The notes: a model not told the origin generated them from the letters alone. A DNA stretch of 64,000 nucleotides from Lentimicrobiaceae bacterium (GCA_031550085.1 JAVBOY010000003.1:4006-68005), one strand, 5' to 3'; positions 9,920 to 21,289 are shown, counted from the first letter of the stretch. Numbers and translations: made by a program.

Positions 9920-10643
9920 ATGAAACTGTCCGTATTTCTATTAATCACCCTTTTTCCTGCACTTTGGTTGCAAGCCCAAAACAGCGACGTCAAGTGCTTT
10001 TTGATCGGTGTAAACTTCTCCCCTGACTATTGTTACCGGACAATGGTCAGTAATGGAGAGCCCGAAGGAAACAGGTTTGTTGATCTGCGGAACGATTCCG
10101 ATATCCCAAAATTTGGTTTTACATCCGGCATAAATGTTTGTTACAATCGATCAAAAACGCATCGGAATAGAAGCCGGTATTCAATATGCAAACAAGGGGG
10201 TTCGAACAAAATTTCTGGATGTTCACAACGACCAGAATCCTTCCATTGTACAAAAAAAGGCATTTGTATTTACCTCACATTATATCGACCTTCCGTTGAA
10301 AATTAATTTTACTTGGGGAGAGAAACGTTTGCGTTTTTGCACAAGCGCGGGAATTACACCCAACATTTGGTTCCGGGAAACCCTCACAACCAAGGAAAAA
10401 TTTGAAAACGGTGATGTTAAAAGAAAAACAGAGAAATATCCATCCGACCATTTCAGAAGGTTCAACATATCTCCCACAGTAAGTGCCGGAATCAACTATA
10501 AAATCAGTGACCGCTTTCTTTTAAAAATGGAACCCACTTTCCGTTATGAACTTTTGGACTTACTCGATTCCGATAGGGCAGTTGTAAAACAATACCTTTG
10601 GAGTATCGGCTTAAATACCAGTTGTTATTTCAGTTTGAAGTAA
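9920..10643 (+). pseudogene. Small outer-membrane beta-barrel protein (OMP_b-brl_2-like), interrupted by a +1 frameshift
   Basis: ORF 9884..10306 supplies the signal peptide MKLSVFLLITLFPALWLQAQ and the first strands (FGFTSGINV). ORF 10134..10643 supplies the rest of the barrel (VTIDQKRIGIEAGIQYANKG ... C-terminal YFSLK). The frames switch within about 10136-10142, and a stop codon lies immediately upstream of the second ORF's ATG. Confidence 0.75.
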
Positions 10644-10869
10644 TCAAAGAAAAATCCTTCTGCAAACAAGCAATCTTGCGATAACCCCTTATTCGATAAA
10701 AATCAAAAAAATGGAAGTAAAAAGGAATCCATTGTAAAAACAATTATTACTTGATTTACAGCCTTTTTTAGACTGAAATTATCTTTCGAAAATTAATTTA
10801 TTTGAAACATTCTATCAGGGGAATCAACAGATTTCAAAACGATCTCATCCGCAGAAAACTATTTTTTTG

Positions 10870-10877
10870 TACGTTTG
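10870..10877 (+). promoter_or_regulatory. Bacteroidota -7 promoter box (TACGTTTG) upstream of the OPT transporter gene
   Basis: Exact match to TAnnTTTG, ending 21 nt before the ATG at 10898. Confidence 0.45.
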
Positions 10878-10897
10878 ACAACTAAAAAACAAATTCT

Positions 10898-12907
10898 ATG
10901 GAACATAAAACAGACGAAAAAATTAAGGGCTTACCCGACAATGCCTACCGTGAATTGGGCAAAGACGAAACCTACCAGCCCGTTATGTCACCTCAGAAAA
11001 AATATCCCGAAGTCACCGTTTGGAGCGTCACCTGGGGAATTGTAATGGCCGTTGTGTTTTCGGCTGCCGCCGCTTACCTGGGGCTTAAAATCGGTCAGGT
11101 TTTCGAAGCCGCCATTCCCATCGCCATCATTGCCATCGGGTTGTCATCAGCATCCAAACGGAAAAATACCTTGGGCGAAAATGTCATCATTCAAAGCATC
11201 GGCGCCAGTTCTGGAGTTATTGTGGCTGGAGCCATTTTTACACTTCCCGCACTCTACATTTTGCAGGCCAAGTATCCCGAATTGGGTGTTAGTTTTTACA
11301 AAGTATTCTTATCCTCGCTGTTGGGCGGCTTTTTGGGAATCCTGTTTCTGATTCCGTTCCGCAAGTACTTTGTAAGCGATATGCATGGCAAATATCCTTT
11401 TCCCGAAGCAACCGCCACCACCGAAGTATTGGTTTCGGGGGAAAAAGGCGGTTCCCAAGCCCGCCTGTTATTGGTTGCCGGCTTGGTAGGTGGTATTTAC
11501 GATTTTATGATCGCCGCTTTTGCTTGGTTTCCCGAAGTCATTACCACACGTATTATTCCCGCAGGAGAAGCTCTGGCAACTAAAGCCAAAATGGTATTCA
11601 AAGTAAACATCGGCGCGGCAGTCATGGGCATCGGTTATATCATCGGATTGAAATACGCCGCCATCATTTGCGCCGGCTCGTTTTTAGGCTGGTTTGTGCT
11701 TATCCCGTTAATCTCGCATTTTGCCGACGGGCAAACGATTGCTGTGGGAGCCAACATCACCAAACTGGTCGGTGATATGAGTGCTGAAGAAATTTTCAGG
11801 AATTATGTACGTCACATCGGTATCGGCGGCATTGCCATGGCCGGAATCATCGGCATCATCCGTTCGTCGGGCATTATCAAATCGGCATTTGGCCTGGCCG
11901 TTAAAGAAATGGGTAGTAAACAAACAGGACAAAAAAAAGAAACTCTTCGTACCCAACGCGATATTTCGATGAAAATCATTTTGGGTGGCGTATTGCTCAC
12001 AGCAGCGATCATTTTTATTTTCTTCCTGTTTGGGGTCGTTCACAACTTGGGTTATGCACTGATCGGATTGGCCATTGTCATGATCATTGCCTTCCTCTTT
12101 ACAACCGTAGCGGCAAACGCCATTGCCATTGTGGGAACGAATCCCGTGAGCGGCATGACCCTGATGACGCTGATTTTAACCTCCGTTGTTCTGGTATCTG
12201 TCGGGCTGAAAGGAACCGAAGGAATGGTGGCCTCGCTGGTAATTGGAGGCGTGGTTTGTACCGCCCTTTCCATGTCGGGAGGTTTTATCACTGATTTAAA
12301 AATCGGTTACTGGCTGGGGACATCCCCTTACAAACAACAAACCTGGAAATTTCTCGGAACGTTTGTTTCGGCAGCTACCGTGGGTGGTGTAATCATGATT
12401 TTGAATAAAACCTACGGATTTACCGGTGAGAATGCGCTGGTCGCTCCGCAAGCCAATGCCATGGCTGCCGTTATTGAGCCGCTGATGTCGGGACAAGGTG
12501 CTCCCTGGATGCTATACGTTGCCGGTGCTTGTTTATCACTGATTTTAACCATGATCGGCATTCCCGCTTTGGCATTCGCCCTGGGAATTTTCATTCCGCT
12601 CGAACTAAACACTCCATTGTTGGTAGGTGGATTAATCGCTTATTTTGTTGCTCGAAGCACCAAAGACGCAAAATTGCAACAAGCCCGCAAAGAACGCGGC
12701 ACTCTCATTGCATCCGGATTTATTGCCGGAGGCGCTTTGATGGGAGTCGTAAGTGCCATTTTGAAATTCCAGAACATCAATTTAATCAGCAATCCCGAAT
12801 GGGCCGAAACCAATCCCGCTGCATTTGTCGGTATTGCTGCTTATGTGATTTTAATTGCATATTGTTATTGGGAATCCAAACGCGCCAAAGTAACCGAAGA
12901 AGAATAA
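10898..12907 (+). CDS. OPT-family oligopeptide transporter
   Basis: A 669-aa polytopic membrane protein. The N-terminus (PEVTVWSVTWGIVMAVVFSAAAAYLGLKIGQ) and overall layout are typical of the bacterial OPT superfamily. Confidence 0.8.
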   Translation: MEHKTDEKIKGLPDNAYRELGKDETYQPVMSPQKKYPEVTVWSVTWGIVMAVVFSAAAAYLGLKIGQVFEAAIPIAIIAIGLSSASKRKNTLGENVIIQSIGASSGVIVAGAIFTLPALYILQAKYPELGVSFYKVFLSSLLGGFLGILFLIPFRKYFVSDMHGKYPFPEATATTEVLVSGEKGGSQARLLLVAGLVGGIYDFMIAAFAWFPEVITTRIIPAGEALATKAKMVFKVNIGAAVMGIGYIIGLKYAAIICAGSFLGWFVLIPLISHFADGQTIAVGANITKLVGDMSAEEIFRNYVRHIGIGGIAMAGIIGIIRSSGIIKSAFGLAVKEMGSKQTGQKKETLRTQRDISMKIILGGVLLTAAIIFIFFLFGVVHNLGYALIGLAIVMIIAFLFTTVAANAIAIVGTNPVSGMTLMTLILTSVVLVSVGLKGTEGMVASLVIGGVVCTALSMSGGFITDLKIGYWLGTSPYKQQTWKFLGTFVSAATVGGVIMILNKTYGFTGENALVAPQANAMAAVIEPLMSGQGAPWMLYVAGACLSLILTMIGIPALAFALGIFIPLELNTPLLVGGLIAYFVARSTKDAKLQQARKERGTLIASGFIAGGALMGVVSAILKFQNINLISNPEWAETNPAAFVGIAAYVILIAYCYWESKRAKVTEEE

Positions 12908-12923
12908 AACAAACTGTATTCAT

Positions 12924-12970
12924 GGAAAGGCTTGGTTTACTTTTGTGTAAATCAAGCCTTTTCCTTTTAA
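12924..12970 (+). terminator. Rho-independent terminator after the OPT gene
   Basis: The stem pairs ggaaaggcttg (12924-12934) with caagccttttcc (12953-12964) and is followed by a T-rich tail. Confidence 0.65.
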
Positions 12971-13140
12971 AATCCAAAAACATATAACTCCCCGCAACAC
13001 AGCAACGCTAGACAAACGGAAAGAAACCTCTAAAACGCAAGTAATGGGATGCCCAATCCGTTCAGATTCAATCCCAAGCAATTTCTACAAAAAACCTATA
13101 AAAAGGCATTGTGAAACCATTCACACATAATAAAACTTCC

Positions 13141-13148
13141 TACCTTTG
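13141..13148 (+). promoter_or_regulatory. Bacteroidota -7 promoter box (TACCTTTG) upstream of korA
   Basis: Exact TAnnTTTG match 26 nt before the ATG at 13174. Confidence 0.5.
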
Positions 13149-13173
13149 TGTACTTTTTTAAAAATTGAAAAGC

Positions 13174-15021
13174 ATGAATGATACCTCAAACTTCATCGAA
13201 AAAGAAGATGTTGTTGTAAAATTTGTAGGCGATTCGGGCGACGGAATGCAGCTTGCCGGAACGCTATTCAGCGATACCGCTGCTTTGGAAGGCCTTGACC
13301 TTGCCAATTTCCCCGATTATCCGGCCGAAATCCGCGCACCCCATAACACCATTGCGGGCGTTTCTGGTTTCCAAGTACGTGTGGGACACAAAAAAATTGA
13401 CAATTACGGCGACCACGTGGACGTTTTGGTTGCCATGAATCCCGCATCGCTAAAGTCGAACATGAAATGGGTACGCCAAGGAGCAACCTTAATTGTGGAT
13501 GCGGATGCATTTGACGAAGCTGCTGTTAAAAAGGCCGGCTATCCGAGTAACCCGTTGGAAGACGGCAGCTTGGCTAGCTACAATGTAGTCGCTGCACCCA
13601 TCACTTCGCAATGCCGTGCTACCTTGAATCCCAAAAATATTGATAACAAAACGGCCGACCGTACCCGTAACATGTATGCGCTGGGTATTGCCTATTACCT
13701 GTTTAACTGGAAATTGGATCATACCTTCCAATATTTTAAAGAAAAATTCAAGAAAAAACCGGAAATGATCGAAGCCAACAAACTGATCTTGCAGGCCGGT
13801 CATTCTTATGCCGAAAACGTGGAAGCCTTGCCTTCACCATATATGATTCCCAAAGCTGAATTGCCCAAAGGCCGTTACCGCAACATTACCGGAAACGTGG
13901 CTACCGCTTGGGGTTTTTTAGCTGCTTCGGAACGTTCGGGACGTCCTTTATTTTTAGGCTCTTATCCTATTACGCCTGCAACTGAGATTTTAATTGAATT
14001 AGCCAAACACAAATCGCTGAGAGCAAAAGTATTCCAAGCCGAAGACGAAATTGCCGGAATTTGTTCTGCAATCGGTGCAGCTTATGCCGGTTCACTGGCA
14101 TTAACGACCACCTCGGGGCCGGGTCTTTCGCTGAAAAGCGAAGCCATGGGGCTGGCGGTGATCACCGAGTTGCCTTTGGTTATTGTGGATGTTCAACGTG
14201 GCGGCCCTTCAACGGGACTACCCACCAAAAGCGAACAAAGCGACCTGATGCAAGCGTTGTTCGGACGCAACGGCGAAGCCCCCATGATTGTGTTGGCAGC
14301 ATCAACTCCAACCGATTGTTTCTATTTTGCTTACATGGCTTCCAAGTTCGCCATGGAACACATGACTCCGGTTATTTTACTTACCGATGGAGCATTAGGA
14401 AACGGTTCCCAATTGTTCCGCATTCCCAAAGTGGCGGATCTGCCCGAAATTAATCCGCCGTTGGCACAACCCAACGATCCTGATTTTAAACCCTACCGCC
14501 GCAACGAGGAAAAACTGAATCGTTTGTGGGCAATTCCCGGAACCGAAGGATTGCGCCACCGCGTGGGCGGGCTGGAAAAAGAAAATATTATCGGAAACGT
14601 ATCGACCGACCCGCAAAATCACCAACTAATGACCCATTTACGTCAGGAAAAGGTAGATCGCCTGGCAAATTACATCCCGCAGCAAGAAGTTCTAGGTGAA
14701 GAGTCCGGAGATCTGTTGGTAGTAAGCTGGGGCGGAACCCGAGGCGTGGTTCAATCGGCCGTGGAAGAGCTGCAAGCCGAAGGTAAAAAAATAAGCATGG
14801 CACACTTTAATTACATCATGCCGTTGCCTAAAAATACCCATGAGATTCTGAGCGGCTACAAAAAGATTGTGGTTTGTGAACTCAATGCAGGACAGTTTGT
14901 AAATTACCTCCGCATGAAAGAACCTTCGTTCAACTACATGCAATACAACAAGGTACAAGGCCTGCCGTTTACCGTAAGCGAACTCACCACCAAGTTTAAC
15001 CAAATTTTGAAGGAGATATAA
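13174..15021 (+). CDS. korA: 2-oxoglutarate/2-oxoacid:ferredoxin oxidoreductase subunit alpha
   Basis: About 615 aa. It fuses a gamma-like N-terminal domain to the alpha domain typical of KorA (GDSGDGMQLAG..., YPITPATEI). The ATG at 13174 is preferred over the TTG at 13165. Confidence 0.85.
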   Translation: MNDTSNFIEKEDVVVKFVGDSGDGMQLAGTLFSDTAALEGLDLANFPDYPAEIRAPHNTIAGVSGFQVRVGHKKIDNYGDHVDVLVAMNPASLKSNMKWVRQGATLIVDADAFDEAAVKKAGYPSNPLEDGSLASYNVVAAPITSQCRATLNPKNIDNKTADRTRNMYALGIAYYLFNWKLDHTFQYFKEKFKKKPEMIEANKLILQAGHSYAENVEALPSPYMIPKAELPKGRYRNITGNVATAWGFLAASERSGRPLFLGSYPITPATEILIELAKHKSLRAKVFQAEDEIAGICSAIGAAYAGSLALTTTSGPGLSLKSEAMGLAVITELPLVIVDVQRGGPSTGLPTKSEQSDLMQALFGRNGEAPMIVLAASTPTDCFYFAYMASKFAMEHMTPVILLTDGALGNGSQLFRIPKVADLPEINPPLAQPNDPDFKPYRRNEEKLNRLWAIPGTEGLRHRVGGLEKENIIGNVSTDPQNHQLMTHLRQEKVDRLANYIPQQEVLGEESGDLLVVSWGGTRGVVQSAVEELQAEGKKISMAHFNYIMPLPKNTHEILSGYKKIVVCELNAGQFVNYLRMKEPSFNYMQYNKVQGLPFTVSELTTKFNQILKEI

Positions 15022-15023
15022 TC

Positions 15024-16064
15024 ATGACAGATTTTCCAAATAAAACCATTGAACGGTCAGGGGTTGAATTGACCAAGGAAGATTTTGTAAGCGATCAAAT
15101 GGTGAAATGGTGCCCAGGCTGCGGCGATCACGCTATTTTGGCAGCCGTTGCCAATGTTTTCCCGAAAATCGGGTACCGCAAAGAAAACTTTATGATGGTG
15201 AGCGGTATCGGCTGCTCGTCGCGTTTTCCGTATTATGTAAACACCTACGGATTTCACGGCATCCACGGACGCGCCAATGCCATTGCCAGCGGAATTAAAA
15301 TTGCAAATCCCAATCTCAGCGTTTGGATTGCTACCGGCGACGGCGATTCGATGGCAATCGGCGGGAACCATTTTATCCACATCATCCGCCGCAACATCGA
15401 TGTGAACATCATCATGTTTAACAACCAAATTTACGGATTAACCAAAGGACAATACTCTCCCACCACTCCCATGGGTTGCGTGACCAAAACCTCGCCCCAG
15501 GGAACCATTGAACATCCGTTTAATCCGGGTGAATTGATATTGGGTGCGCAAGGAACGTTTTTTGCCCGTGTCGTAGACACCAATGTGAAATTGATGACTG
15601 ACGTGATGTTTGAGGCGGCCAAACACGATGGAACCTCGGTAGTGGAAGTGCTTCAAAACTGCGTGATTTTTGCCGACAAAACCCACGCCGCCATTACCGA
15701 CAAAGAAAAACGCGACGATGTACAACTTCATTTGAAAAACGGCGAACCCATGATTTTCGGTAAAAACCGCGAAAAAGGAATTCGCCTGAACGGAACCAAA
15801 TTGGAAGTAGTAACGATTGGCGAAAACAGCATTACCGTCGACGACTTGCTGGTTCACGATCCCTACCAACAAGACCCAGGCCTTCACCTGATGATTGCCA
15901 AAATGGCGCCGCCGCATTATCCGGTAGCTTTGGGTGTCATCCGTTCGGCCATGTACCCCACTTACGACGATTTGGTGGTCGATCAAATTTCGTATGCCAA
16001 AGAAACCGGGAAAATCAAAAATGTGGACGACCTGTTAAACTCGGGCGACACTTGGGAAATATAA
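15024..16064 (+). CDS. korB: 2-oxoglutarate/2-oxoacid:ferredoxin oxidoreductase subunit beta (TPP-binding)
   Basis: Contains the WCPGCGDH and GDGD...GGNH TPP-binding motifs. The start lies 2 nt after the korA stop. Confidence 0.88.
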   Translation: MTDFPNKTIERSGVELTKEDFVSDQMVKWCPGCGDHAILAAVANVFPKIGYRKENFMMVSGIGCSSRFPYYVNTYGFHGIHGRANAIASGIKIANPNLSVWIATGDGDSMAIGGNHFIHIIRRNIDVNIIMFNNQIYGLTKGQYSPTTPMGCVTKTSPQGTIEHPFNPGELILGAQGTFFARVVDTNVKLMTDVMFEAAKHDGTSVVEVLQNCVIFADKTHAAITDKEKRDDVQLHLKNGEPMIFGKNREKGIRLNGTKLEVVTIGENSITVDDLLVHDPYQQDPGLHLMIAKMAPPHYPVALGVIRSAMYPTYDDLVVDQISYAKETGKIKNVDDLLNSGDTWEI

Positions 16065-16086
16065 AAGCTGGAAAATGCAATTTGTA

Positions 16087-16122
16087 AAGAAGCTGTCTGC
16101 GTAAAAGACAGCTTCTTTTTTG
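16087..16122 (+). terminator. Rho-independent terminator after korB
   Basis: The stem pairs aagaagctgtct with agacagcttctt around the loop gcgtaaa, followed by a T run. Confidence 0.85.
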
Positions 16123-16287
16123 TCCTGTCAATCTAGAGTTTCAAATTTTGTTAGCATAACCGCTAAACGGGAAACCGAATTCGTTACTTTTGCATTCTCA
16201 AAAACCCGGCTCGCAATTTTTTATTGCGGGCTTTGTTGCGTTGTTCAATGCAACTCTTTTGAAACAATTGTTTTTAATTTATTGTAG

Positions 16288-19200
16288 ATGAAACCAGCCA
16301 AACATCCGCTTTTTTATCAGCCCGATTCACGAATTATCGAATTGACCGAGAATCTGAAATCCAATCCCAAAAATGCTTTTCAACTTCGCGGACTGGTTGG
16401 TTCGGCAGCAGCCATGGTAGCAGCAGCCGTTTTCGAAAAGCTACCGTTGATTCATGTTATCGTTGTGGGAGATAAAGAATCCGCTGCTTATTTTTCCAAT
16501 GATTTGGAAAGTTTGCTGGGCGAAAGCGAGAAAAAATTTCACGAAAAACGGGTGTTGTTCTACCCTACCTCCTACAAACGCCCTTACGAAATTGAGAAAA
16601 CCGACAACTCCAACATCTTGATGCGAACCGAAACGCTCAAACGCCTTTCGTCGCGGCAAAACAATACCATCGTAGTGACCTATCCTGAAGCCTTAACCGA
16701 AAAAGTAATTACCCACCGCTATCTGGAAAAGGCCACCCTACATTTGAAATCGGGAGAAACGGTCGACTTGGACTTCATTTACGATATGCTGGAAGAAAGT
16801 GGTTTCCGGCGTGTCGATTTTGTGGCCGAGCCGGGAGAAATGGCATTCCGAGGAGGAATCATCGATGTGTTCTCTTACACCAACGATTACCCCTACCGGA
16901 TTGAATTTGAAAATGATTTGGTTTCATCCATCCGTTCGTTCAATCCCGAAACACAGCTTTCCATTGATGTGTTGGATCATATTACCATTGTCCCTAACGT
17001 TCAGGACCGGGTACTGAGAGAGCAGCGCGAAGGTTTTTTGCAATTTGTTCCCAAAAATTCAATAATCTGGTTGCAGGATGCTCCCTATGCGCTTGATTTG
17101 ATTGAAAAAGAATTTATCAAGGCCGAAGAAACGTTTGCAAATCTGGGCAGCACCATCTCCCGTCTGGAGCCCAAGGAATTGTTCTTAAACCGCGAAGAAT
17201 TCCAACGGCATTTATCCGACCTGACCCTCATTGAATTCGGGAAACATCCGATGTTTCAATCAAAAGAACTTTTTGCTTTCGATTGCTTGCCCCAACCTTC
17301 GTTCAATAAAAACTTCGATTTGCTGATCTCTAATTTTCAGGAAAATACGGCAGCCGGATTTACCAACATCCTAACCACCGACAGTGAGAAACAAACCGAG
17401 CGCATCAAACTTATTTTGAGTGATTTATGCAAAAATCGCAACATCGAAGGTTTGGACTACCAAATCGCCGGCATTTCCATTCACGAGGGATTTATCGACA
17501 AAACTTTAAAAATCGCCTGCTACACGGATCATCAGATATTTGAACGCTATCATAAATTCCGCCTTCGCGAAAGCTATTCGGGCAAACAGGCCATCACGTT
17601 TAAAGAATTATACGATTTAAAACAAGGCGATTATGTAACCCATATCGACCACGGGGTAGGGCGTTTCGACGGGTTGGAAAAAATTGAAAACAACGGAAAA
17701 ATCCAGGAAGCCCTCCGCATCATTTACGCCAACGAAGACCTGTTGTATGTAAGTATTCACTCGTTGCACCGGATTTCGAAATATTCGGGCAAAGAAGGCC
17801 ATATTCCCAGTGTCGACAAGTTGGGGTCCATGAATTGGAGCAAGCTCAAAGCCAAAACCAAAGCCCGCGTTAAAGACATTGCCAAAGACCTGATTAAATT
17901 GTATGCCCAACGCAAAGCTTCACAGGGGTTTGCTTTTACACCCGACACTTATTTGCAAGCAGAATTGGAGGCTTCGTTCATCTACGAAGATACGCCCGAC
18001 CAAATCAAAACCACGGTAGACGTAAAAACCGATATGGAAGCCATCAACCCGATGGATCGTCTGGTATGCGGCGATGTAGGTTTCGGGAAAACCGAAATCG
18101 CAATCCGGGCGGCATTTAAAGCGGTAGCGGATAGCAAACAGGTAGCTATTTTGGTTCCCACTACCATTTTAGCATTACAGCATTACAAAACATTTAGCGA
18201 ACGCTTAAAAGATTTTCCTTGCCGTGTCGATTATATCAATCGTTTTAAAACCACGGCCCAGCAGACACAAACACTAAAAGAACTGGCCGAAGGCAAAATC
18301 GACATTTTGATCGGAACCCACCGCTTACTCTCAAAGGATGTAGGATTCAAAGATTTGGGATTGATGATTATTGATGAAGAACAACGGTTTGGGGTATCGG
18401 CAAAGGAAAAACTAAAACAACTGAAAGTAAACGTAGACACGTTGACGTTGACAGCTACGCCGATTCCGCGCACCTTGCAGTTTTCCCTGATGGGAGCGCG
18501 CGACTTGAGTGTGATCAACACGCCGCCACCAAACCGGTATCCCATTCAGACCGAGCTGATTGCATTTAATGAGGAAGTAATCCGCGATGCGGTGAATTAC
18601 GAACTGTCACGTAACGGACAGGTTTTTTTCATCAACAACCGCATTCAAAATATTATGGATGTGGCCGGAATGCTGAAACGGATTGTTCCCGATGCTAAAA
18701 TCGCCATCGGACACGGGCAAATGGAAGGAGCCAAACTGGAAAAAATCATGCTTGATTTTGTGGACGGCGAGTACGACATTTTGGTAGCAACGACCATTAT
18801 CGAAAGCGGTTTGGACATCCCCAATGCCAACACCATTGTCATCAATGACGCGCACCATTATGGTTTAAGCGAGTTGCACCAATTACGCGGCCGCGTGGGA
18901 CGCACCAACCGCAAAGCGTTTTGTTATTTGGTGTCTCCGCCGCTGAGTGTGCTAACCGAAGAAGCCCGCAAACGCCTGCGTGCCATCGAGGAGTTTTCGG
19001 AAATTGGTTCGGGATTTAACATTGCCATGCGCGACTTGGATATTCGCGGGGCCGGAAATATTTTGGGTGGCGAACAAAGCGGTTTTATTTCGGAAATCGG
19101 GTACGAAATGTATCAAAAAATTTTGGAGGAAGCCATGCAAGAGCTTCGCGAAACCGAGTTCAAAGATGTTTACCCCGTTTCAGAGCAAACGGTTTTTGTG

Positions 19201-19647
19201 CGTGATTGCCAGGTAGAAACCGATCTGGAAGTGATGATTCCCGACGAATATGTAAGCAATACCCGTGAACGGTTGAGTTTGTATGAAGAACTGGACAAGT
19301 TGGAATCGGAAGAAAAACTATCGATTTTCCAAGAAAACCTGATCGACCGTTTTGGTCCTGTCCCGGGCGCTACACAAGAACTTTTCAATGTGGTGCGGCT
19401 GCGTTGGATTGCTAAAAAGCTGGGAATCGAAAAAGTGATTTTGCGAAACAAAAACATGGTTGTTTATTTCGTTTCCAATCCCGAATCACCTTTTTACCAA
19501 ACCGAAACATTTACCCAAATCCTGAAATACGTTCAGGTCAATCCGGCTTCTTGCCGTATGAAAGAATCGGCAAACAAGCTTACTTTAACCTTTCCCCAAA
19601 CCTTATCGGTACGTGGCGGGGTGGATCAATTACAATTAATCGGTTAG
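16288..19647 (+). CDS. mfd: Transcription-repair coupling factor
   Basis: 1119 aa. Contains a CarD-like domain, superfamily-2 helicase motifs (GDVGFGKTE, DEEQRFG, TATPIPRT) and a TRCF C-terminal domain. Confidence 0.93.
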   Translation: MKPAKHPLFYQPDSRIIELTENLKSNPKNAFQLRGLVGSAAAMVAAAVFEKLPLIHVIVVGDKESAAYFSNDLESLLGESEKKFHEKRVLFYPTSYKRPYEIEKTDNSNILMRTETLKRLSSRQNNTIVVTYPEALTEKVITHRYLEKATLHLKSGETVDLDFIYDMLEESGFRRVDFVAEPGEMAFRGGIIDVFSYTNDYPYRIEFENDLVSSIRSFNPETQLSIDVLDHITIVPNVQDRVLREQREGFLQFVPKNSIIWLQDAPYALDLIEKEFIKAEETFANLGSTISRLEPKELFLNREEFQRHLSDLTLIEFGKHPMFQSKELFAFDCLPQPSFNKNFDLLISNFQENTAAGFTNILTTDSEKQTERIKLILSDLCKNRNIEGLDYQIAGISIHEGFIDKTLKIACYTDHQIFERYHKFRLRESYSGKQAITFKELYDLKQGDYVTHIDHGVGRFDGLEKIENNGKIQEALRIIYANEDLLYVSIHSLHRISKYSGKEGHIPSVDKLGSMNWSKLKAKTKARVKDIAKDLIKLYAQRKASQGFAFTPDTYLQAELEASFIYEDTPDQIKTTVDVKTDMEAINPMDRLVCGDVGFGKTEIAIRAAFKAVADSKQVAILVPTTILALQHYKTFSERLKDFPCRVDYINRFKTTAQQTQTLKELAEGKIDILIGTHRLLSKDVGFKDLGLMIIDEEQRFGVSAKEKLKQLKVNVDTLTLTATPIPRTLQFSLMGARDLSVINTPPPNRYPIQTELIAFNEEVIRDAVNYELSRNGQVFFINNRIQNIMDVAGMLKRIVPDAKIAIGHGQMEGAKLEKIMLDFVDGEYDILVATTIIESGLDIPNANTIVINDAHHYGLSELHQLRGRVGRTNRKAFCYLVSPPLSVLTEEARKRLRAIEEFSEIGSGFNIAMRDLDIRGAGNILGGEQSGFISEIGYEMYQKILEEAMQELRETEFKDVYPVSEQTVFVRDCQVETDLEVMIPDEYVSNTRERLSLYEELDKLESEEKLSIFQENLIDRFGPVPGATQELFNVVRLRWIAKKLGIEKVILRNKNMVVYFVSNPESPFYQTETFTQILKYVQVNPASCRMKESANKLTLTFPQTLSVRGGVDQLQLIG

Positions 19648-19690
19648 GAAAATTTATTAACGCATCCGGAAATCGGAAACCTCAAAAAAC

Positions 19691-19720
19691 AAAAGGGCGG
19701 AAATAATTTTCCACCCTTTT
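19691..19720. terminator. Bidirectional terminator between the convergent mfd and rny genes
   Basis: The stem pairs aaaagggcgg with ccaccctttt (one mismatch). An A run lies upstream and T-rich sequence downstream. Confidence 0.6.
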
Positions 19721-19747
19721 ATGTGTTTTGATTTTCAATTGATTCAA

Positions 19748-21289
19748 CTATTTTGCAAAACTGATTGCCCGTGTTTCACGGATCACCGTAATCTTAATCT
19801 GTCCCGGATAAGTCATTTCTTCCTGAATCTTACGTGACAGATCAAACGATATTTGGTTTGCTTCTTCGTCATTTACTTTATCAGCTCCTACAATTACCCG
19901 TAGCTCGCGCCCGGCTTGAATAGCATAGGTTTTTACAACGCCGGGATAATTTAAGGCCAATTCTTCCAGTTTATTCAACCGTTGAATATATGCTTCCACT
20001 ACCTCGCGGCGAGCTCCCGGACGGGCTCCCGAAATAGCGTCGCACACCTGAACAATCGGAGCAATTAAGCTTTCCATTTCCACTTCATCGTGGTGAGCGC
20101 CGATGGCATTGCAAATATCGGGTGCTTCTTTAAATTGTTGCGCTACGCGCATACCCAAAATAGCGTGCGGTAATTCGGCTTCGTTTTCCGCTACTTTACC
20201 GATATCGTGCAACAATCCGGCACGTTTTGCCTTTTTTACATTCAATCCCAATTCGGCTGCCATGGTGGCGCATAAATTCGCTACTTCGCGCGAATGTTGC
20301 AGCAAGTTTTGCCCATACGACGAACGGTAACGCATTTTCCCAATCAAGCGAACCAATTCGTGGTGCAAATTATGAATTCCCAAATCAATGGTGGTACGTT
20401 TACCCGTTTCAATCACCTCTTGTTCCACCTGTTTGGTGGTTTTGGCCACCACTTCTTCGATACGGGCCGGGTGAATCCGGCCGTCGGTAACCAATTTGTG
20501 CAACGAAAGGCGTGCTATTTCACGACGAATGGGATCGAAACCAGAGAGAATAATCGCATCGGGCGAATCATCGATAATAATTTCAATGCCTGTAAGTGAT
20601 TCCAGCGTACGGATGTTACGCCCTTCACGGCCAATGATACGACCTTTAATTTCTTCACTTTCAATATTAAAAACCGAAACCGTGTTCTCGATGGCATGTT
20701 CCGAAGCCGTACGTTGGATGGTTTCAATCACCACTTTTTTGGCTTCGGTTTGGGCCTTCATTTTGGCTTCCTCGATGATTTCATTTGCTAAAACCATAGC
20801 TGTCGATTTTGCCTCATCTTTCATGCTTTCAATCAGTTGCGACTTCGCTTCTTCGGATGAAAGTCCCGAAATGGATTCCAAACGGTCGACTTGCAGTTTA
20901 AAAACTTTTTCTACCTCGACCTGCTTTTTCCCAACAACTTCTTTTTGTTGGTCAACTGTGGTTTTCAGGTCGTTCAGTTCTTTTTGTTTCTTTTTAAAAT
21001 CTTCGAGTTGTTGGGAAAGTAGTTGTTGTTGTTGTTTGATTTGATTTTCGCGTTTATTCAAAACGCCGTCTTTTTCGGAAGTTGCTTTTTCGTGGTCGGA
21101 TTTTAATTGCAAAAACTTTTCTTTAGCTTGCAATATTTTTTCTTTCCGGATCATTTCAGCTTTTTCTTCGGCATCCTTCACCAACTGGATGCTCTTTTTT
21201 TCGAGTTGCTTGCGTAAAATTGTCATCGCAATTGCAAGCCCCACGCCAACTCCTACTAATGTGGCTACTAGTCCTATTACTATTTGCAT
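19748..21289 (-). CDS. rny: Ribonuclease Y
   Basis: The N-terminal TM helix, a long coiled coil, a KH domain ([12 protein letters not shown]) and an HD domain (LLHDIGK) occur in the canonical order. Confidence 0.93.
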   Translation of the reverse strand: MQIVIGLVATLVGVGVGLAIAMTILRKQLEKKSIQLVKDAEEKAEMIRKEKILQAKEKFLQLKSDHEKATSEKDGVLNKRENQIKQQQQLLSQQLEDFKKKQKELNDLKTTVDQQKEVVGKKQVEVEKVFKLQVDRLESISGLSSEEAKSQLIESMKDEAKSTAMVLANEIIEEAKMKAQTEAKKVVIETIQRTASEHAIENTVSVFNIESEEIKGRIIGREGRNIRTLESLTGIEIIIDDSPDAIILSGFDPIRREIARLSLHKLVTDGRIHPARIEEVVAKTTKQVEQEVIETGKRTTIDLGIHNLHHELVRLIGKMRYRSSYGQNLLQHSREVANLCATMAAELGLNVKKAKRAGLLHDIGKVAENEAELPHAILGMRVAQQFKEAPDICNAIGAHHDEVEMESLIAPIVQVCDAISGARPGARREVVEAYIQRLNKLEELALNYPGVVKTYAIQAGRELRVIVGADKVNDEEANQISFDLSRKIQEEMTYPGQIKITVIRETRAISFAK

